Program-made: the position numbers and the translations under genes
The notes under the pieces: model-generated
The model's input: the letters and a program-made list of their open reading frames with translations, nothing else
What the model was told of the DNA's origin: nothing
Database searches by the model: none
Source of the DNA: Escherichia coli
GTDB lineage: Bacteria > Pseudomonadota > Gammaproteobacteria > Enterobacterales > Enterobacteriaceae
Reading direction: 5' to 3' (one strand)
Length of the DNA stretch: 64,000 nt
Assembly: GCF_003790525.1 (NCBI RefSeq)
Contig: NZ_CP033635.1
Shown here: in pieces, positions 53,212 to 63,908 of the stretch
Layout of the letters: every line of letters begins with the position of its first letter
Numbering within the stretch: position 1 is the first letter of the stretch

Positions 53212-55812
53212 GTGTCCCGAAAAATCATAAAAACGCATAATAACAAACTTACATATATAGCCTCGTTTTGCGCATTGCTATTAAGCCCCTGTGCCATAAG
53301 CGCTGAACACGTTGAATATGATAATACCTTTTTGATGGGGCAAGATGCTTTTAACATCGACCTTAGTCGGTATACCGAAGGTAACCCTACCTTGCCCGGC
53401 GTGTATGACGTCAGTGTTTATATCAATGATCAACCGGTTATCAACCAAAGCATTTCCTTTATTACCCTCGAAGGTAAGAAGAATGCGCAGGCTTGTATCA
53501 CCCTGAAGAATTTATTGCAGTTTCACATTAATAAACCAGATATAAATGCCGAGAATTCCATCCTTCTACAGCGCGAAGGCGAACTCGGAGATTGTCTTGA
53601 TTTAGCAAATATCATTCCTCAGGCCTCGGTTCATTATGACGTCAACGATCAACGACTGGACATCAATGTTCCTCAAGCCTGGGTAATGAAGAATTACCAA
53701 AACTATGTTGACTCTTCACTGTGGGAAAACGGTATTAACGCCGCAATGCTAGCCTACAACGTCAACGCATATCACAGCGAAATTCCGGACAGAAAAAACG
53801 ACAGTGTTTACGCCGCATTTAACGGCGGTATAAATCTGGGGGCATGGCGACTTCGCGCAACCGGCAACTACAACTGGATGACCAATGTAGGCAGTGATTA
53901 CGATTTTCAGAATCGCTATTTGCAGCGCGACCTGGCCTCTTTGCGTTCACAGTTAATAGTGGGTGAGTCATACACAACTGGGGAAACCTTTGATGCTGTC
54001 AGTATTCGCGGTATTCGTTTATACAGCGACAGCCGAATGCTACCGCCTGCGTTAGCTAGTTTTGCGCCTATTATTCATGGTGTCGCTAACACCAACGCAA
54101 AAGTCACCATTACCCAGGGCGGGTATAAAATATATGAAACTACTGTACCGCCGGGAGCATTTGTTATTGATGATTTAAGCCCATCAGGCTACGGCAGCGA
54201 TCTCATTATCACAATCGAAGAATCTGATGGCATAAAACGAACTTTTTCCCAGCCATTTTCTTCGGTAATTCAGATGCAACGCCCTGGTGTTGGAAGATGG
54301 GACATCAGTGCTGGTCAGGTATTAAAAGACGATATTCAAAATGAGCCAAATTTGTTCCAGGCCAGCTACTACTATGGTCTGAACAACTATCTTACAGGTT
54401 ATACCGGTATTCAAATTACCGATAATAACTATACTGCCGGGCTGTTGGGCCTTGGCCTGAATACCGCGTACGGTGCGTTTTCAGTCGATGTAACCCACTC
54501 GGATGTGCAAATTCCGGACGATAAAACCTACCGCGGGCAAAGTTATCGCATCTCCTGGAATAAGTTATTTGAAGATACCAGAACCTCGCTCAATATCGCC
54601 GCTTACCGTTATTCAACCCAGAATTATCTGGGGCTTAACGATGCACTGACATTGATCGATGAAGTAAAACATCCGGAACAGGACCTGGAACCTAAAAATA
54701 TGCGTAACTATTCACGCATGAAAAATCAGGTTACGGTTAGTATTAACCAACCCCTCAAGTTTGAAAAGAAAGACTATGGCTCATTCTATCTTGCCGGAAG
54801 TTGGTCTGACTATTGGGCGGACGGACAAAATAATACTAACTACTCCATTGGTTATAGTAACAGCGCATCGTGGGGAAGCTACAGCATTAGTGCCCAACGG
54901 TCCTGGAGCCAGGACGGCGGTAATGAAGACAGCATCTATCTAAGCTTTAGCATTCCTATCGAAAAGTTACTGGGTTCAGAACATCGCGACTCTGGTTTTC
55001 AGAGCATTGATACTCAGTTAAATAGTGATTTCAACGGCAGCAATCAACTCAGTATCAGCAGTAGTGGTTATAGCACCGAAAACCATATCAGTTATAGCGT
55101 CAATACAGGCTATTCGATGATGAAATCCAGTGATGATTTGGGCTATATCGGCGGATATGCAAGCTATGAATCTCCCTGGGGAACTCTTTCCAGTTCAGTT
55201 TCCGCAAGCAGTGATAATAGCCGTCAAATCTCATTTAATACCGACGGCGGATTTGTTTTACATAGCGGCGGCCTGACCTTCAGTAATGACAGCTTTAGCG
55301 ACTCAGACACTCTGGCCGTTGTACAAGCGCCAGGAGCTAAAGGGGCGCGTATTAACTATGGTAATAGTACGATAGATCGTTGGGGATATGGTGTTACTAA
55401 CGCGCTCTCCCCTTATCATGAAAACCGAATTGCACTCGATATTAACGGTCTGGAAAATGACGTTGAATTGAAAAGTACCAGTGCTATTACTGTCCCCCGC
55501 CAAGGGTCTGTTGTCTTTGCTGGTTTTGAAACAGTTCAGGGACAATCAGCGATTATGAACATCAAGCGAACTGACGGTAAAAACATTCCGTTTGCCGCAG
55601 ATATTTATGACGAGAACGGAAATATTATTGGCAATGTAGGGCAAGGTGGTCAGGCCTTTGTTCGAGGTATAGAACAACAAGGTAACATACGTATCAACTG
55701 GCTTGACGACGGTAAACCTGTCACTTGCCTTGCTCATTACCAGCAGAGCACAGCACCAGAAAAAATAGCGCAAACTATTATTCTGAATGGAATTAGTTGT
55801 CAGATTCAGTAA
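53212..55812 (+). CDS. htrE: Fimbrial outer membrane usher
   Basis: 866-aa ORF from GTG with AGGAAG Shine-Dalgarno; usher family, sits between chaperone and minor subunit genes. Confidence 0.9.
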   Translation: MSRKIIKTHNNKLTYIASFCALLLSPCAISAEHVEYDNTFLMGQDAFNIDLSRYTEGNPTLPGVYDVSVYINDQPVINQSISFITLEGKKNAQACITLKNLLQFHINKPDINAENSILLQREGELGDCLDLANIIPQASVHYDVNDQRLDINVPQAWVMKNYQNYVDSSLWENGINAAMLAYNVNAYHSEIPDRKNDSVYAAFNGGINLGAWRLRATGNYNWMTNVGSDYDFQNRYLQRDLASLRSQLIVGESYTTGETFDAVSIRGIRLYSDSRMLPPALASFAPIIHGVANTNAKVTITQGGYKIYETTVPPGAFVIDDLSPSGYGSDLIITIEESDGIKRTFSQPFSSVIQMQRPGVGRWDISAGQVLKDDIQNEPNLFQASYYYGLNNYLTGYTGIQITDNNYTAGLLGLGLNTAYGAFSVDVTHSDVQIPDDKTYRGQSYRISWNKLFEDTRTSLNIAAYRYSTQNYLGLNDALTLIDEVKHPEQDLEPKNMRNYSRMKNQVTVSINQPLKFEKKDYGSFYLAGSWSDYWADGQNNTNYSIGYSNSASWGSYSISAQRSWSQDGGNEDSIYLSFSIPIEKLLGSEHRDSGFQSIDTQLNSDFNGSNQLSISSSGYSTENHISYSVNTGYSMMKSSDDLGYIGGYASYESPWGTLSSSVSASSDNSRQISFNTDGGFVLHSGGLTFSNDSFSDSDTLAVVQAPGAKGARINYGNSTIDRWGYGVTNALSPYHENRIALDINGLENDVELKSTSAITVPRQGSVVFAGFETVQGQSAIMNIKRTDGKNIPFAADIYDENGNIIGNVGQGGQAFVRGIEQQGNIRINWLDDGKPVTCLAHYQQSTAPEKIAQTIILNGISCQIQ

Positions 55813-55831
55813 CAACAGGGAATTTCACATA

Positions 55832-56398
55832 ATGAGAATAACACTGCATAAATTGGCAATACTGACTGGATTATTTTTATCATCCTCTGTACTTGCAACA
55901 GACATTAATGTTGATTTTACAGCAACCGTAAAAGCATCAACTTGTAACATTACGTTATCAGGCGACAATGTCACCCCTGATGGGAGTGACACCTACACAT
56001 TAACTTTCCCAGGAACTATTGGTCTGGACAAAATTGCAAATAAAACGACTCAAGCACAGGCGAATTTTAATCTGGTTGCCAGCGGTTGTACCACAGGCGT
56101 CAGCAAAATCAATACCAGGCTCAGTGGGAATGCTTCCGGAACTACTCCCGCATTAATTGTTCCACTCTCTTCTGACACTACATCAACAACTAATTATATT
56201 GGTATGGGTATAAAAGCACTTGGTGAAGATGATTCGACATTCTTAATCCCAAACAGTGCGCCGAGTTTTATTCCATGGGAAATTAGTGATACAGACAAAA
56301 CTCTTGAACTGACCGTTGCACTGCGCGAAACCACGGCTGGCAGTGGTGTTCCTGGCGATTTCCGCGCCCAGGCAACTTTCAATTTCATTTATGAATAA
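55832..56398 (+). CDS. yadM: Fimbrial minor subunit
   Basis: Internal ATG at 55832 (MRITLHKLAILTGLFLSSSVLA signal peptide) preceded by AGGGA; the upstream part of the tracked ORF overlaps the htrE 3-prime end. Confidence 0.75.
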   Translation: MRITLHKLAILTGLFLSSSVLATDINVDFTATVKASTCNITLSGDNVTPDGSDTYTLTFPGTIGLDKIANKTTQAQANFNLVASGCTTGVSKINTRLSGNASGTTPALIVPLSSDTTSTTNYIGMGIKALGEDDSTFLIPNSAPSFIPWEISDTDKTLELTVALRETTAGSGVPGDFRAQATFNFIYE

Positions 56399-56412
56399 CA
56401 GGGATGATAATA

Positions 56413-57018
56413 ATGAAATCTAAAACATTATGTTATGGACTGCCCGCTGGTGTTTTTTTTGCGGCATCCCTATTCACCAGCCAATTGTTTGCAGCTACCG
56501 ATAGCGTTAAGCTGAATGTTAAAGCAACCGTAGAGACGGGAACCTGTACCGCCAGCCTGGTGGATGACAATGATCAGCCTATTTCTGTTATTGCATTTGG
56601 GGATGCTTACATTCCTGAAATTGATGCCAAAACAAAAATTAAAATATTTAAGTTACAGTTTAAGGATTGTGCTGGTATTCCTAATAAAAAAGCACTCGTA
56701 AAATTAACTAAACGCGCAACTTGTGAAGGAGCAGCCAACGATGGGCCTGGTTTTGCAAACGGCTCCGCCGCTGCTGATAAAGCAAATGCTGTTGCGGTTG
56801 AAGTATGGAATACCACGACACCTGGTACAGACGGCAAGACTCAATTTAGCTGCGTAACACCAGTCGCTCAGGAAGTGAATATCTCCACTGCAACAGGAAC
56901 TACGTCAGTATATCATCCTATGAGTGCACGCCTGGTGGTAGAGAAAAATAAAAGCAAAACCGACATCACTGCCGGTCCGTTTTCCGCACCTGCAACATTT
57001 TCTATCACCTATAACTAA
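56413..57018 (+). CDS. yadL: Fimbrial minor subunit
   Basis: Fimbrin-like ORF with signal peptide (MKSKTLCYGLPAGVFFAASLFTSQLFA); start chosen at the second ATG, so the start is uncertain by 9 nt. Confidence 0.75.
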   Translation: MKSKTLCYGLPAGVFFAASLFTSQLFAATDSVKLNVKATVETGTCTASLVDDNDQPISVIAFGDAYIPEIDAKTKIKIFKLQFKDCAGIPNKKALVKLTKRATCEGAANDGPGFANGSAAADKANAVAVEVWNTTTPGTDGKTQFSCVTPVAQEVNISTATGTTSVYHPMSARLVVEKNKSKTDITAGPFSAPATFSITYN

Positions 57019-57044
57019 CAGGCCATTAAAGTCAGGGACCGATT

Positions 57045-57641
57045 ATGCTTTCCTCTCAACTAAAAATTAAGATAAAAACAAGTCTGTTCCTGGCATTATT
57101 GTTTGCCACATCCAGTCCTGTATATGCAGGGCTGGATGTGGATATGGTTGCCAATATCAAGAACAGTACATGTAAAAGTGGCCTCAGTAACCTTGGTAAT
57201 ATCGACCTTGGTGTGGTTGGTGTGGATTATTTTTCTGGTAACGTCGCACCTGAAGATGATTATCCGGGTGGGAGAGAGTTCACTATCACTGTGACTGACT
57301 GCGCCATCCAGGGTTCTGGAAATGTGTTAAATCAGTTACATATTAACTTTAAACCGCTTAATGGCGTGATGGCGACAGGCTCTCAGCAAATTTTTGCAAA
57401 TGAAAATGTCGCCGGCGCTCAAAACGTAGGTGTAGTAATATTTTCCACTCAGGACCCGGCTAATATATTTAATGTTCTTACCCCAGCGGGCAGTTCTCGT
57501 TCAATTTATCCGGTGATGACTGCTGATTTAAACAATTCATCCTGGAAATTCTATACACGGATGCAAAAAATCAACCCTGTATTAAATGTCATGCCCGGCC
57601 AAATCATAAGCCATGTATTAATTGATATTTACTACGAGTAA
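57045..57641 (+). CDS. yadK: Fimbrial minor subunit
   Basis: 198-aa fimbrin-like ORF with signal peptide, ending ...IDIYYE. Confidence 0.75.
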   Translation: MLSSQLKIKIKTSLFLALLFATSSPVYAGLDVDMVANIKNSTCKSGLSNLGNIDLGVVGVDYFSGNVAPEDDYPGGREFTITVTDCAIQGSGNVLNQLHINFKPLNGVMATGSQQIFANENVAGAQNVGVVIFSTQDPANIFNVLTPAGSSRSIYPVMTADLNNSSWKFYTRMQKINPVLNVMPGQIISHVLIDIYYE

Positions 57642-57694
57642 CATACCAAAAACAAATTACTGCGACTATTACAGCAGTGGATGGTGGAGTGAAA

Positions 57695-58966
57695 ATGAAG
57701 ACATTCTTCAGATATTTTCTTTTTTTAATTCTGTGCTTGAGTTGTTATACCGCGAGTGCTGGCACTGATGATTTCGTAGGATATGTTGTTGGGAATAACT
57801 ACGGCGTTGGTCCGTCAGATCAAAAATGGAGAGAAACCGGGCCAAATGGAGATGTGACAGTCGTGTTCAGGTATGGTACCAGTACAAATAATTTAGTATT
57901 TTATAAACCAACACAACTGGGTCCAACAGGGGTGAAATTACATTGGAGTCAGTTAGATACTGCTTCTGGCGGAGGCTTTCTTTATTGTAACAGAAGCAAT
58001 AACACCAGTGGCGGGGCAATGCGTATCGAAAATGCAATGGTTGACTCTGGAAAAAGATATGGTAACCATAAACTATTCAATACATCTGTTCCCGGTTTGT
58101 ATTATACAATATTAATTTCAAATATGTGGTCAGCTTACGGTACTGTAACTAACGTTAGTTCACCAGGAATATATATTGGTGATTCTGCAGAACAATATTT
58201 TTCATGGTACAATCCAAGCGAAAGCATATTATACCAAAGTTGTAACAATGCCAACACATCCAGCAAATATTGGGCTGTAGGCGGTATTTATCAAAATCTT
58301 ACCATCGAATTTTATACAGATACCAACTTTGATCCAACAGTAACTCAACAAGTTTCATTATCGCGCTCATCAAACTATTTATATTCATTTAAAGCTTATG
58401 GTGCTGGTATCGGCATTAACGAACACAGCTATTTTCTTCGAGTTGATTTTGACCTACTAAATATTAAATTAAGTAATCCCACTTGTTTTACAGCTATGTT
58501 AAGTGGAACATCTGTTACTGGTTCTACGGTAAAAATGGGCGAGTATAGTGAAGCACAAATAAGAAACGGTGCCACACCGGTTCCTTTTGATATTTCACTT
58601 CAAAACTGCGTTCGTGTGACTAATATCGAGACAAAATTAGTTTCAACAAAGGTTGGTACTGAAAACAGGCAACTCCTTGGTAACACTCTCACAGGAAATG
58701 GCGCAGCAAAAGGCGTTGGGGTATTGATTGAAGGATTAGCAAACAGTAAAAGTGCCCTCATGATACTGAAACCTAATGATTCAACTTCTGTTTATAAAGA
58801 TAATACGGGCCAGACGCAGAATAACGATTCAGATGCGATTTACCCGGAAGATGACGGTATAACGTATCCACTTCATTTCCAGGCTACATTAAAACAAGAC
58901 GGGAATATTGCTATTGAACCCGGCGAATTTAAAGCCACCAGCACTTTTCAGGTTACCTACCCCTGA
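57695..58966 (+). CDS. yadC: Fimbrial tip adhesin-like protein
   Basis: ATG at 57695 ([22 protein letters not shown] signal peptide) inside a GTG-initiated ORF; about 423 aa, two-domain adhesin-like protein with pilin-like C-terminus (...FQVTYP). Confidence 0.75.
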   Translation: MKTFFRYFLFLILCLSCYTASAGTDDFVGYVVGNNYGVGPSDQKWRETGPNGDVTVVFRYGTSTNNLVFYKPTQLGPTGVKLHWSQLDTASGGGFLYCNRSNNTSGGAMRIENAMVDSGKRYGNHKLFNTSVPGLYYTILISNMWSAYGTVTNVSSPGIYIGDSAEQYFSWYNPSESILYQSCNNANTSSKYWAVGGIYQNLTIEFYTDTNFDPTVTQQVSLSRSSNYLYSFKAYGAGIGINEHSYFLRVDFDLLNIKLSNPTCFTAMLSGTSVTGSTVKMGEYSEAQIRNGATPVPFDISLQNCVRVTNIETKLVSTKVGTENRQLLGNTLTGNGAAKGVGVLIEGLANSKSALMILKPNDSTSVYKDNTGQTQNNDSDAIYPEDDGITYPLHFQATLKQDGNIAIEPGEFKATSTFQVTYP

Positions 58967-58972
58967 TAACAC

Positions 58973-59003
58973 TATCGCACCGCCAGACAACGGCGGTGCG
59001 ATA
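58973..59003. repeat. Perfect 12-bp GC-rich inverted repeat downstream of yadC
   Basis: TATCGCACCGCC-AGACAAC-GGCGGTGCGATA 7 nt after the yadC stop; no U tract on either strand. Confidence 0.4.
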
Positions 59004-59077
59004 CGGATAAATCATTGCCCCCACCAATGTGACTGATAAAATGCGAGACAGCACAACATTATTTATCAGGATACGCT

Positions 59078-59872
59078 ATGAAACCAACCACGATTGCTTC
59101 ATTGCAGAAATGCAAGCAGGACAAAAAACGTTTCGCAACCATCACCGCTTACGACTATAGCTTCGCAAAACTGTTTGCCGAAGAAGGACTTAACGTCATG
59201 CTGGTAGGCGATTCACTGGGCATGACGGTTCAGGGGCATGACTCCACGCTACCGGTTACCGTTGCCGATATCGCCTATCACACCGCCGCTGTGCGTCGCG
59301 GCGCGCCAAACTGCCTTCTGCTGGCTGACCTGCCATTTATGGCGTATGCCACGCCGGAACAAGCCTTTGAAAACGCCGCAACGGTAATGCGTGCCGGAGC
59401 CAACATGGTCAAAATTGAAGGCGGTGAGTGGCTGGTGGAAACCGTACAAATGCTGACCGAACGTGCCGTTCCAGTTTGTGGTCATTTAGGCCTAACCCCA
59501 CAGTCAGTAAATATTTTCGGTGGCTACAAAGTCCAGGGGCGCGGCGATGAAGCGGGAGATCAACTGCTCAGCGATGCATTGGCATTAGAAGCTGCTGGGG
59601 CACAGCTGCTGGTACTGGAGTGCGTGCCGGTTGAGCTGGCAAAACGCATTACCGAAGCACTGGCGATCCCGGTTATCGGTATTGGCGCAGGCAACGTCAC
59701 TGACGGGCAAATCCTCGTGATGCACGACGCGTTCGGCATTACCGGCGGTCATATTCCTAAATTCGCCAAAAATTTCCTCGCCGAAACGGGCGACATCCGC
59801 GCGGCTGTGCGGCAGTATATGGCTGAAGTGGAGTCCGGCGTTTACCCGGGCGAAGAACACAGTTTCCATTAA
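59078..59872 (+). CDS. panB: 3-methyl-2-oxobutanoate hydroxymethyltransferase
   Basis: 264-aa [36 protein letters not shown]..., recognised as PanB. Confidence 0.95.
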   Translation: MKPTTIASLQKCKQDKKRFATITAYDYSFAKLFAEEGLNVMLVGDSLGMTVQGHDSTLPVTVADIAYHTAAVRRGAPNCLLLADLPFMAYATPEQAFENAATVMRAGANMVKIEGGEWLVETVQMLTERAVPVCGHLGLTPQSVNIFGGYKVQGRGDEAGDQLLSDALALEAAGAQLLVLECVPVELAKRITEALAIPVIGIGAGNVTDGQILVMHDAFGITGGHIPKFAKNFLAETGDIRAAVRQYMAEVESGVYPGEEHSFH

Positions 59873-59883
59873 GGAGTGACGTT

Positions 59884-60735
59884 GTGTTAATTATCGAAAC
59901 CCTGCCGCTGCTGCGTCAGCAAATCCGCCGCCTGCGTATGGAAGGTAAGCGCGTGGCGCTGGTGCCCACCATGGGTAACCTGCACGACGGCCATATGAAG
60001 CTGGTTGACGAAGCCAAAGCCCGCGCCGATGTGGTCGTCGTCAGTATTTTCGTTAACCCGATGCAGTTTGACCGCCCGGAAGATCTGGCTCGCTACCCAC
60101 GCACCTTGCAGGAAGACTGCGAGAAGCTAAACAAACGTAAAGTGGATCTGGTTTTCGCTCCCTCGGTAAAAGAGATCTATCCGAACGGTACAGAAACCCA
60201 CACCTATGTCGATGTTCCAGGCCTTTCCACCATGCTGGAAGGTGCCAGCCGTCCAGGACATTTTCGCGGCGTTTCGACTATTGTCAGCAAGCTTTTCAAC
60301 CTGGTCCAGCCAGATATCGCTTGCTTCGGTGAAAAAGATTTTCAGCAACTGGCGCTGATCCGCAAAATGGTTGCTGATATGGGCTTTGATATTGAGATTG
60401 TCGGCGTACCGATTATGCGCGCCAAAGACGGTCTGGCGCTGAGTTCCCGTAACGGTTATCTGACGGCGGAACAACGCAAAATTGCGCCGGGTCTGTACAA
60501 GGTCTTAAGTTCAATTGCCGACAAATTGCAGGCTGGCGAACGGGATCTCGATGAAATTATTGCTATTGCCGGGCAAGAACTGAATGAAAAAGGTTTCCGT
60601 TCCGATGATATTCAGATTCGCGATGCCGACACCTTGCTGGAAATCTCTGAAAACAGCAAACGAGCGGTGATCCTGGTAGCCGCCTGGCTTGGCGATGCTC
60701 GCCTGATCGACAACAAAATCGTAGAACTGGCGTAA
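59884..60735 (+). CDS. panC: Pantothenate synthetase
   Basis: 283-aa ORF from [40 protein letters not shown]..., recognised as PanC. Confidence 0.95.
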   Translation: MLIIETLPLLRQQIRRLRMEGKRVALVPTMGNLHDGHMKLVDEAKARADVVVVSIFVNPMQFDRPEDLARYPRTLQEDCEKLNKRKVDLVFAPSVKEIYPNGTETHTYVDVPGLSTMLEGASRPGHFRGVSTIVSKLFNLVQPDIACFGEKDFQQLALIRKMVADMGFDIEIVGVPIMRAKDGLALSSRNGYLTAEQRKIAPGLYKVLSSIADKLQAGERDLDEIIAIAGQELNEKGFRSDDIQIRDADTLLEISENSKRAVILVAAWLGDARLIDNKIVELA

Positions 60736-60816
60736 TATTTAACTGGCGCTACGGCTGATGGCGCCAGTTATTCATTGCCACGTCATCTGTAAGCAATTAT
60801 TCATATCGTAGACAAC

Positions 60817-61032
60817 TTAGTTAGAGTTAATTAGCTTATCAATCTCTGCAAGAGATAAAGCTGTCACCTCTGCAACGTCTTCCCGAGACATTCCTTTACT
60901 CAGAAGACGCTGGGCCAGTCTTACCTTCTGGAGTCCCTCTTTATATCCCTTCTGAAATCCCTTCTGAAATCCCTTCTCTTCAAACCACTGCGCCAACGTC
61001 TGCCAGGTTTCTCTCCGTGTCTTTATTTCCAT
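60817..61032 (-). CDS. Small ORF (71 aa) paralogous to the C-terminal tail of YadD/RpnC; candidate free-standing RpnS-like protein
   Basis: ATG at 61032 preceded by AAGGGA; MEIKTRRETWQTLAQWFEEKG-(GFQK repeats)-LLSKGMSREDVAEVTALSLAEIDKLINSN parallels the yadD C-terminus ...TLAQWFEEKG-(RQEV repeats)-FLSKGMSREDVAEMANLPLAEVDKLIS; DNA of the two 3-prime ends is clearly homologous. Expression is unproven. Confidence 0.45.
   Translation of the reverse strand: MEIKTRRETWQTLAQWFEEKGFQKGFQKGYKEGLQKVRLAQRLLSKGMSREDVAEVTALSLAEIDKLINSN
60946..60978. repeat. Short tandem 12-nt repeat inside the 71-codon ORF
   Basis: CCCTTCTGAAAT repeated in tandem, encoding GFQKGFQKG on the minus strand. Confidence 0.5.
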
Positions 61033-61100
61033 ATGTTCCCTTAATTATCTGGTCAGTTAACAATAACAATTATCTGGCTATAACTGATAATGCAGATAAC

Positions 61101-62021
61101 TTAGCTAATCAGCTTATCAACCTCAGCAAGAGGTAAATTTGCCATCTCTGCAACGTCTTCCCGAGACATCCCTTTACTCAGAAAACGCAGGGCGAATTCC
61201 TGTCTTACTTCCTGTCTAACCTCTTGTATTACCTCCTGTCTTACCTCCTGCCTTTCCTCCTGTCTTCCCTTCTCTTCAAACCACTGCGCCAGCGTCATCA
61301 TAGACTCCCCTCCCGTTTCCCTGTCTCTCAGCACACCATAAAACAAATCCGCTTGTTCAGTATGACCGCGTTGCAGCATATAGTTTTGCATGGCAACTAA
61401 CTGACTTCCGCTAGTGTACCCTTCGTCTATCAGCGTGACCAGTTGCTCCAGCAATAACATTAAGTCGCGTTGGCGAATATGTTTTTGCAGCAGTTCGAGA
61501 ATCGCAATCCGCCGATGTTGCATGATTTCGTCATCCGGTGTGATAGTGATATCCACCAGCGGGAAAGGACTGTTATAGACGCGTCGCGCCAGCTCCGGCG
61601 AGTAAAACATATCAAACCAGCACATTGAGAGTGGATAAGGCGTGGCCTCGCCCTGATAAAACAAAATCGGCACCACCAGCGGCAGCTTATCGTGATCTGC
61701 CTCCAGATGCCGGTGCATGGCAGCAATAGAATAACGCATCATGCGAAAGGCCATTTTTTTGTCCGGCTTGCTTTGGTGTTCAATTACAACATGTAGATAG
61801 CCCGTATTACCCTGCATTTGCACGGAATAGAGCACGTCAGTGCTGTGCCCTTTCAGGCTTTCTTCAATAAAACTCCCCGACTCAAGATGCAGCGTGTCGA
61901 GGTCACACAGTTCGCGTAGTTCCGCTGGCAAATGGATATCCAGAAAGTCACGAGCCGTTTCCGCATGCATTAAAAATTGTTTAAACACCGCATCATGCGG
62001 TGTGGTACTCGGTGCATCCAT
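61101..62021 (-). CDS. yadD: Rpn-family (YhgA-like, PD-(D/E)xK) recombination-promoting nuclease
   Basis: 306-aa ORF, MDAPSTTPHDAVFKQFLMHAETARDFLDIHLPAELRELCDLDTLHLESGSFIEE..., recognised as YadD (RpnC); AGGGA Shine-Dalgarno before ATG at 62021; located between panC and panD. Confidence 0.85.
   Translation of the reverse strand: MDAPSTTPHDAVFKQFLMHAETARDFLDIHLPAELRELCDLDTLHLESGSFIEESLKGHSTDVLYSVQMQGNTGYLHVVIEHQSKPDKKMAFRMMRYSIAAMHRHLEADHDKLPLVVPILFYQGEATPYPLSMCWFDMFYSPELARRVYNSPFPLVDITITPDDEIMQHRRIAILELLQKHIRQRDLMLLLEQLVTLIDEGYTSGSQLVAMQNYMLQRGHTEQADLFYGVLRDRETGGESMMTLAQWFEEKGRQEERQEVRQEVIQEVRQEVRQEFALRFLSKGMSREDVAEMANLPLAEVDKLIS
61196..61272. repeat. Imperfect 12-nt tandem repeats inside the yadD 3-prime region
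   Basis: About six imperfect copies of CCTCCTGTCTTA-like units, encoding RQEERQEVRQEVIQEVRQEVRQE on the minus strand. Confidence 0.6.
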
Positions 62022-62294
62022 CTTCCCTGCCTTCTGTGTTGTCTTGCGTGAAGGCAGTATCCAGTCAAGGCGCGCCGTCGTCAGCCGCCTCTTTAGTGTT
62101 TACCGAGCAGCGTTCAGATAAATTTCAATTGGTTACAGGCATTACATGGCACGCTTCGGCACGGTTCGCAAACTGCTGATGCAAATGCCGTCAGATGAGT
62201 AGACACTAAACAAAAATCGGGCAATACTGCGTGAGAATTTCCTCAAAGCAGGCATCGCCTGCTTCGTTAACGACAGGGTAGAAAGGTAGAAGTT

Positions 62295-62675
62295 ATGATT
62301 CGCACGATGCTGCAGGGCAAACTCCACCGCGTGAAAGTGACTCATGCGGACCTGCACTATGAAGGTTCTTGCGCCATTGACCAGGATTTTCTTGACGCAG
62401 CTGGTATTCTCGAAAACGAAGCCATTGATATCTGGAATGTGACCAACGGCAAGCGTTTCTCCACCTATGCCATCGCGGCAGAACGCGGTTCGAGAATTAT
62501 TTCCGTTAACGGTGCGGCGGCCCACTGCGCCAGCGTCGGCGATATTGTCATCATCGCCAGCTTCGTTACCATGCCAGATGAAGAAGCTCGCACCTGGCGA
62601 CCCAACGTCGCCTATTTTGAAGGCGACAACGAAATGAAACGTACCGCGAAAGCGATTCCGGTACAGGTTGCCTGA
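62295..62675 (+). CDS. panD: Aspartate 1-decarboxylase
   Basis: 126-aa [41 protein letters not shown]..., recognised as PanD (pyruvoyl-dependent; G-S cleavage site present). Confidence 0.95.
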
Positions 62676-62678
62676 TTG

Positions 62679-63908
62679 TTATCCCTGCGGCTGGTTACTC
62701 ACCAGCCGCGACATCGTCTCCAGCGAATCCGTTCTTAAGATATAAAGTCGTTTTAGTAACAACGGATTATCCCCCGGTTTTACTTTGCCTTTCATGGTCG
62801 TCACCGCCAGGTGAAATCCGGCTTCTTTTGCTGCCTTCACGGCTTTGTCATTAAATCCGCCAAATGGATAAGAAAGATACAAAACATGTGGATTAAATTG
62901 CGCCAGAGCGCGGCGTGAACGTGCAAAATCAAACAGAATATTGTGCTCACTACGGCTCAGCAATATAGGCCGCCGATAACCATCTATCCGATGCAAAAAA
63001 TGAGTATGTGACTGGAAATCAAATACATCGCGAATTTCGTTAAGTTCAGAAACGCTCATAAATTGCAGCGATTTTGGGTTCCATTTCTGCGGGTGACGTT
63101 TGATGCGCGAGGTAACAATAAACGCCGTCGCCTTCATACCATATTGTTTCAACACAGGATACGCATAGCGGCTCACCGACTTGAGGCCATCATCAAAGGT
63201 AATTACCACCGCTCGCGCAGGGAGATTGATCTTATTCTTCACGTAACCTTCCAACTGCGCCATGCTCAGTGTCGCGTATCCCCTGTCGCGCAGCCAGGCC
63301 ATCTGGTTATTGAAAGCGCGTACCGAGGTGGTCGTCGAAGTATGGCGAAAACGGGTGTTTTCTTCGTCGCGCAAAATATGGTGATAGGTTAGCACCGGCA
63401 GGCCATTATCGGGTTGGGCATCCAGCGCGCTGATATAGGCCAGTCGATCGCCAATACGGATCTGATACCAGGTTTGATTTAACCTGTCTTTCAGTTTATG
63501 CAAAATCGGGTAGCGCAAATTGTCCGCCAGTACTCCAAATGGCGCACTGCCCACACTCGGTGCGTTATAAACCAGTGTATCTTTCCAGGTTATTAAGTTC
63601 TGATTACTCAGCGGCTTGTTGAGGTCACCCAAACCATCTTCAACTTTTTGTCGCCCCTGAACCGGCTCGAGATGGCCTTTATCGATAAACCCTTTACCAA
63701 AGCCAAAATTAAATGCGTAATAACTTGCGGCAGTGGGCTCCACGGCAATGATTTGCCCGGCCCGAATATTCCCTACCGTCACCATTTTGTCGCCAATTTG
63801 CGCCCAGACCGCGGCATTTTCGATGGTTTGCATATAACGGGCAGGTAATGCGGCACTGACGCTTGCGGTAAACAGCATCAGCAGGAGAATAACAGCTTGT
63901 TTGTACAT
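62679..63908 (-). CDS. yadE: Putative polysaccharide deacetylase lipoprotein
   Basis: 409-aa ORF with signal peptide ([19 protein letters not shown]), recognised as YadE. Confidence 0.85.
   Translation of the reverse strand: MYKQAVILLLMLFTASVSAALPARYMQTIENAAVWAQIGDKMVTVGNIRAGQIIAVEPTAASYYAFNFGFGKGFIDKGHLEPVQGRQKVEDGLGDLNKPLSNQNLITWKDTLVYNAPSVGSAPFGVLADNLRYPILHKLKDRLNQTWYQIRIGDRLAYISALDAQPDNGLPVLTYHHILRDEENTRFRHTSTTTSVRAFNNQMAWLRDRGYATLSMAQLEGYVKNKINLPARAVVITFDDGLKSVSRYAYPVLKQYGMKATAFIVTSRIKRHPQKWNPKSLQFMSVSELNEIRDVFDFQSHTHFLHRIDGYRRPILLSRSEHNILFDFARSRRALAQFNPHVLYLSYPFGGFNDKAVKAAKEAGFHLAVTTMKGKVKPGDNPLLLKRLYILRTDSLETMSRLVSNQPQG

Noticed and set aside
62142-62525. 127-aa minus-strand ORF
   Set aside because: Antisense to panD and overlapping the yadD/panD divergent promoter region; no protein features.
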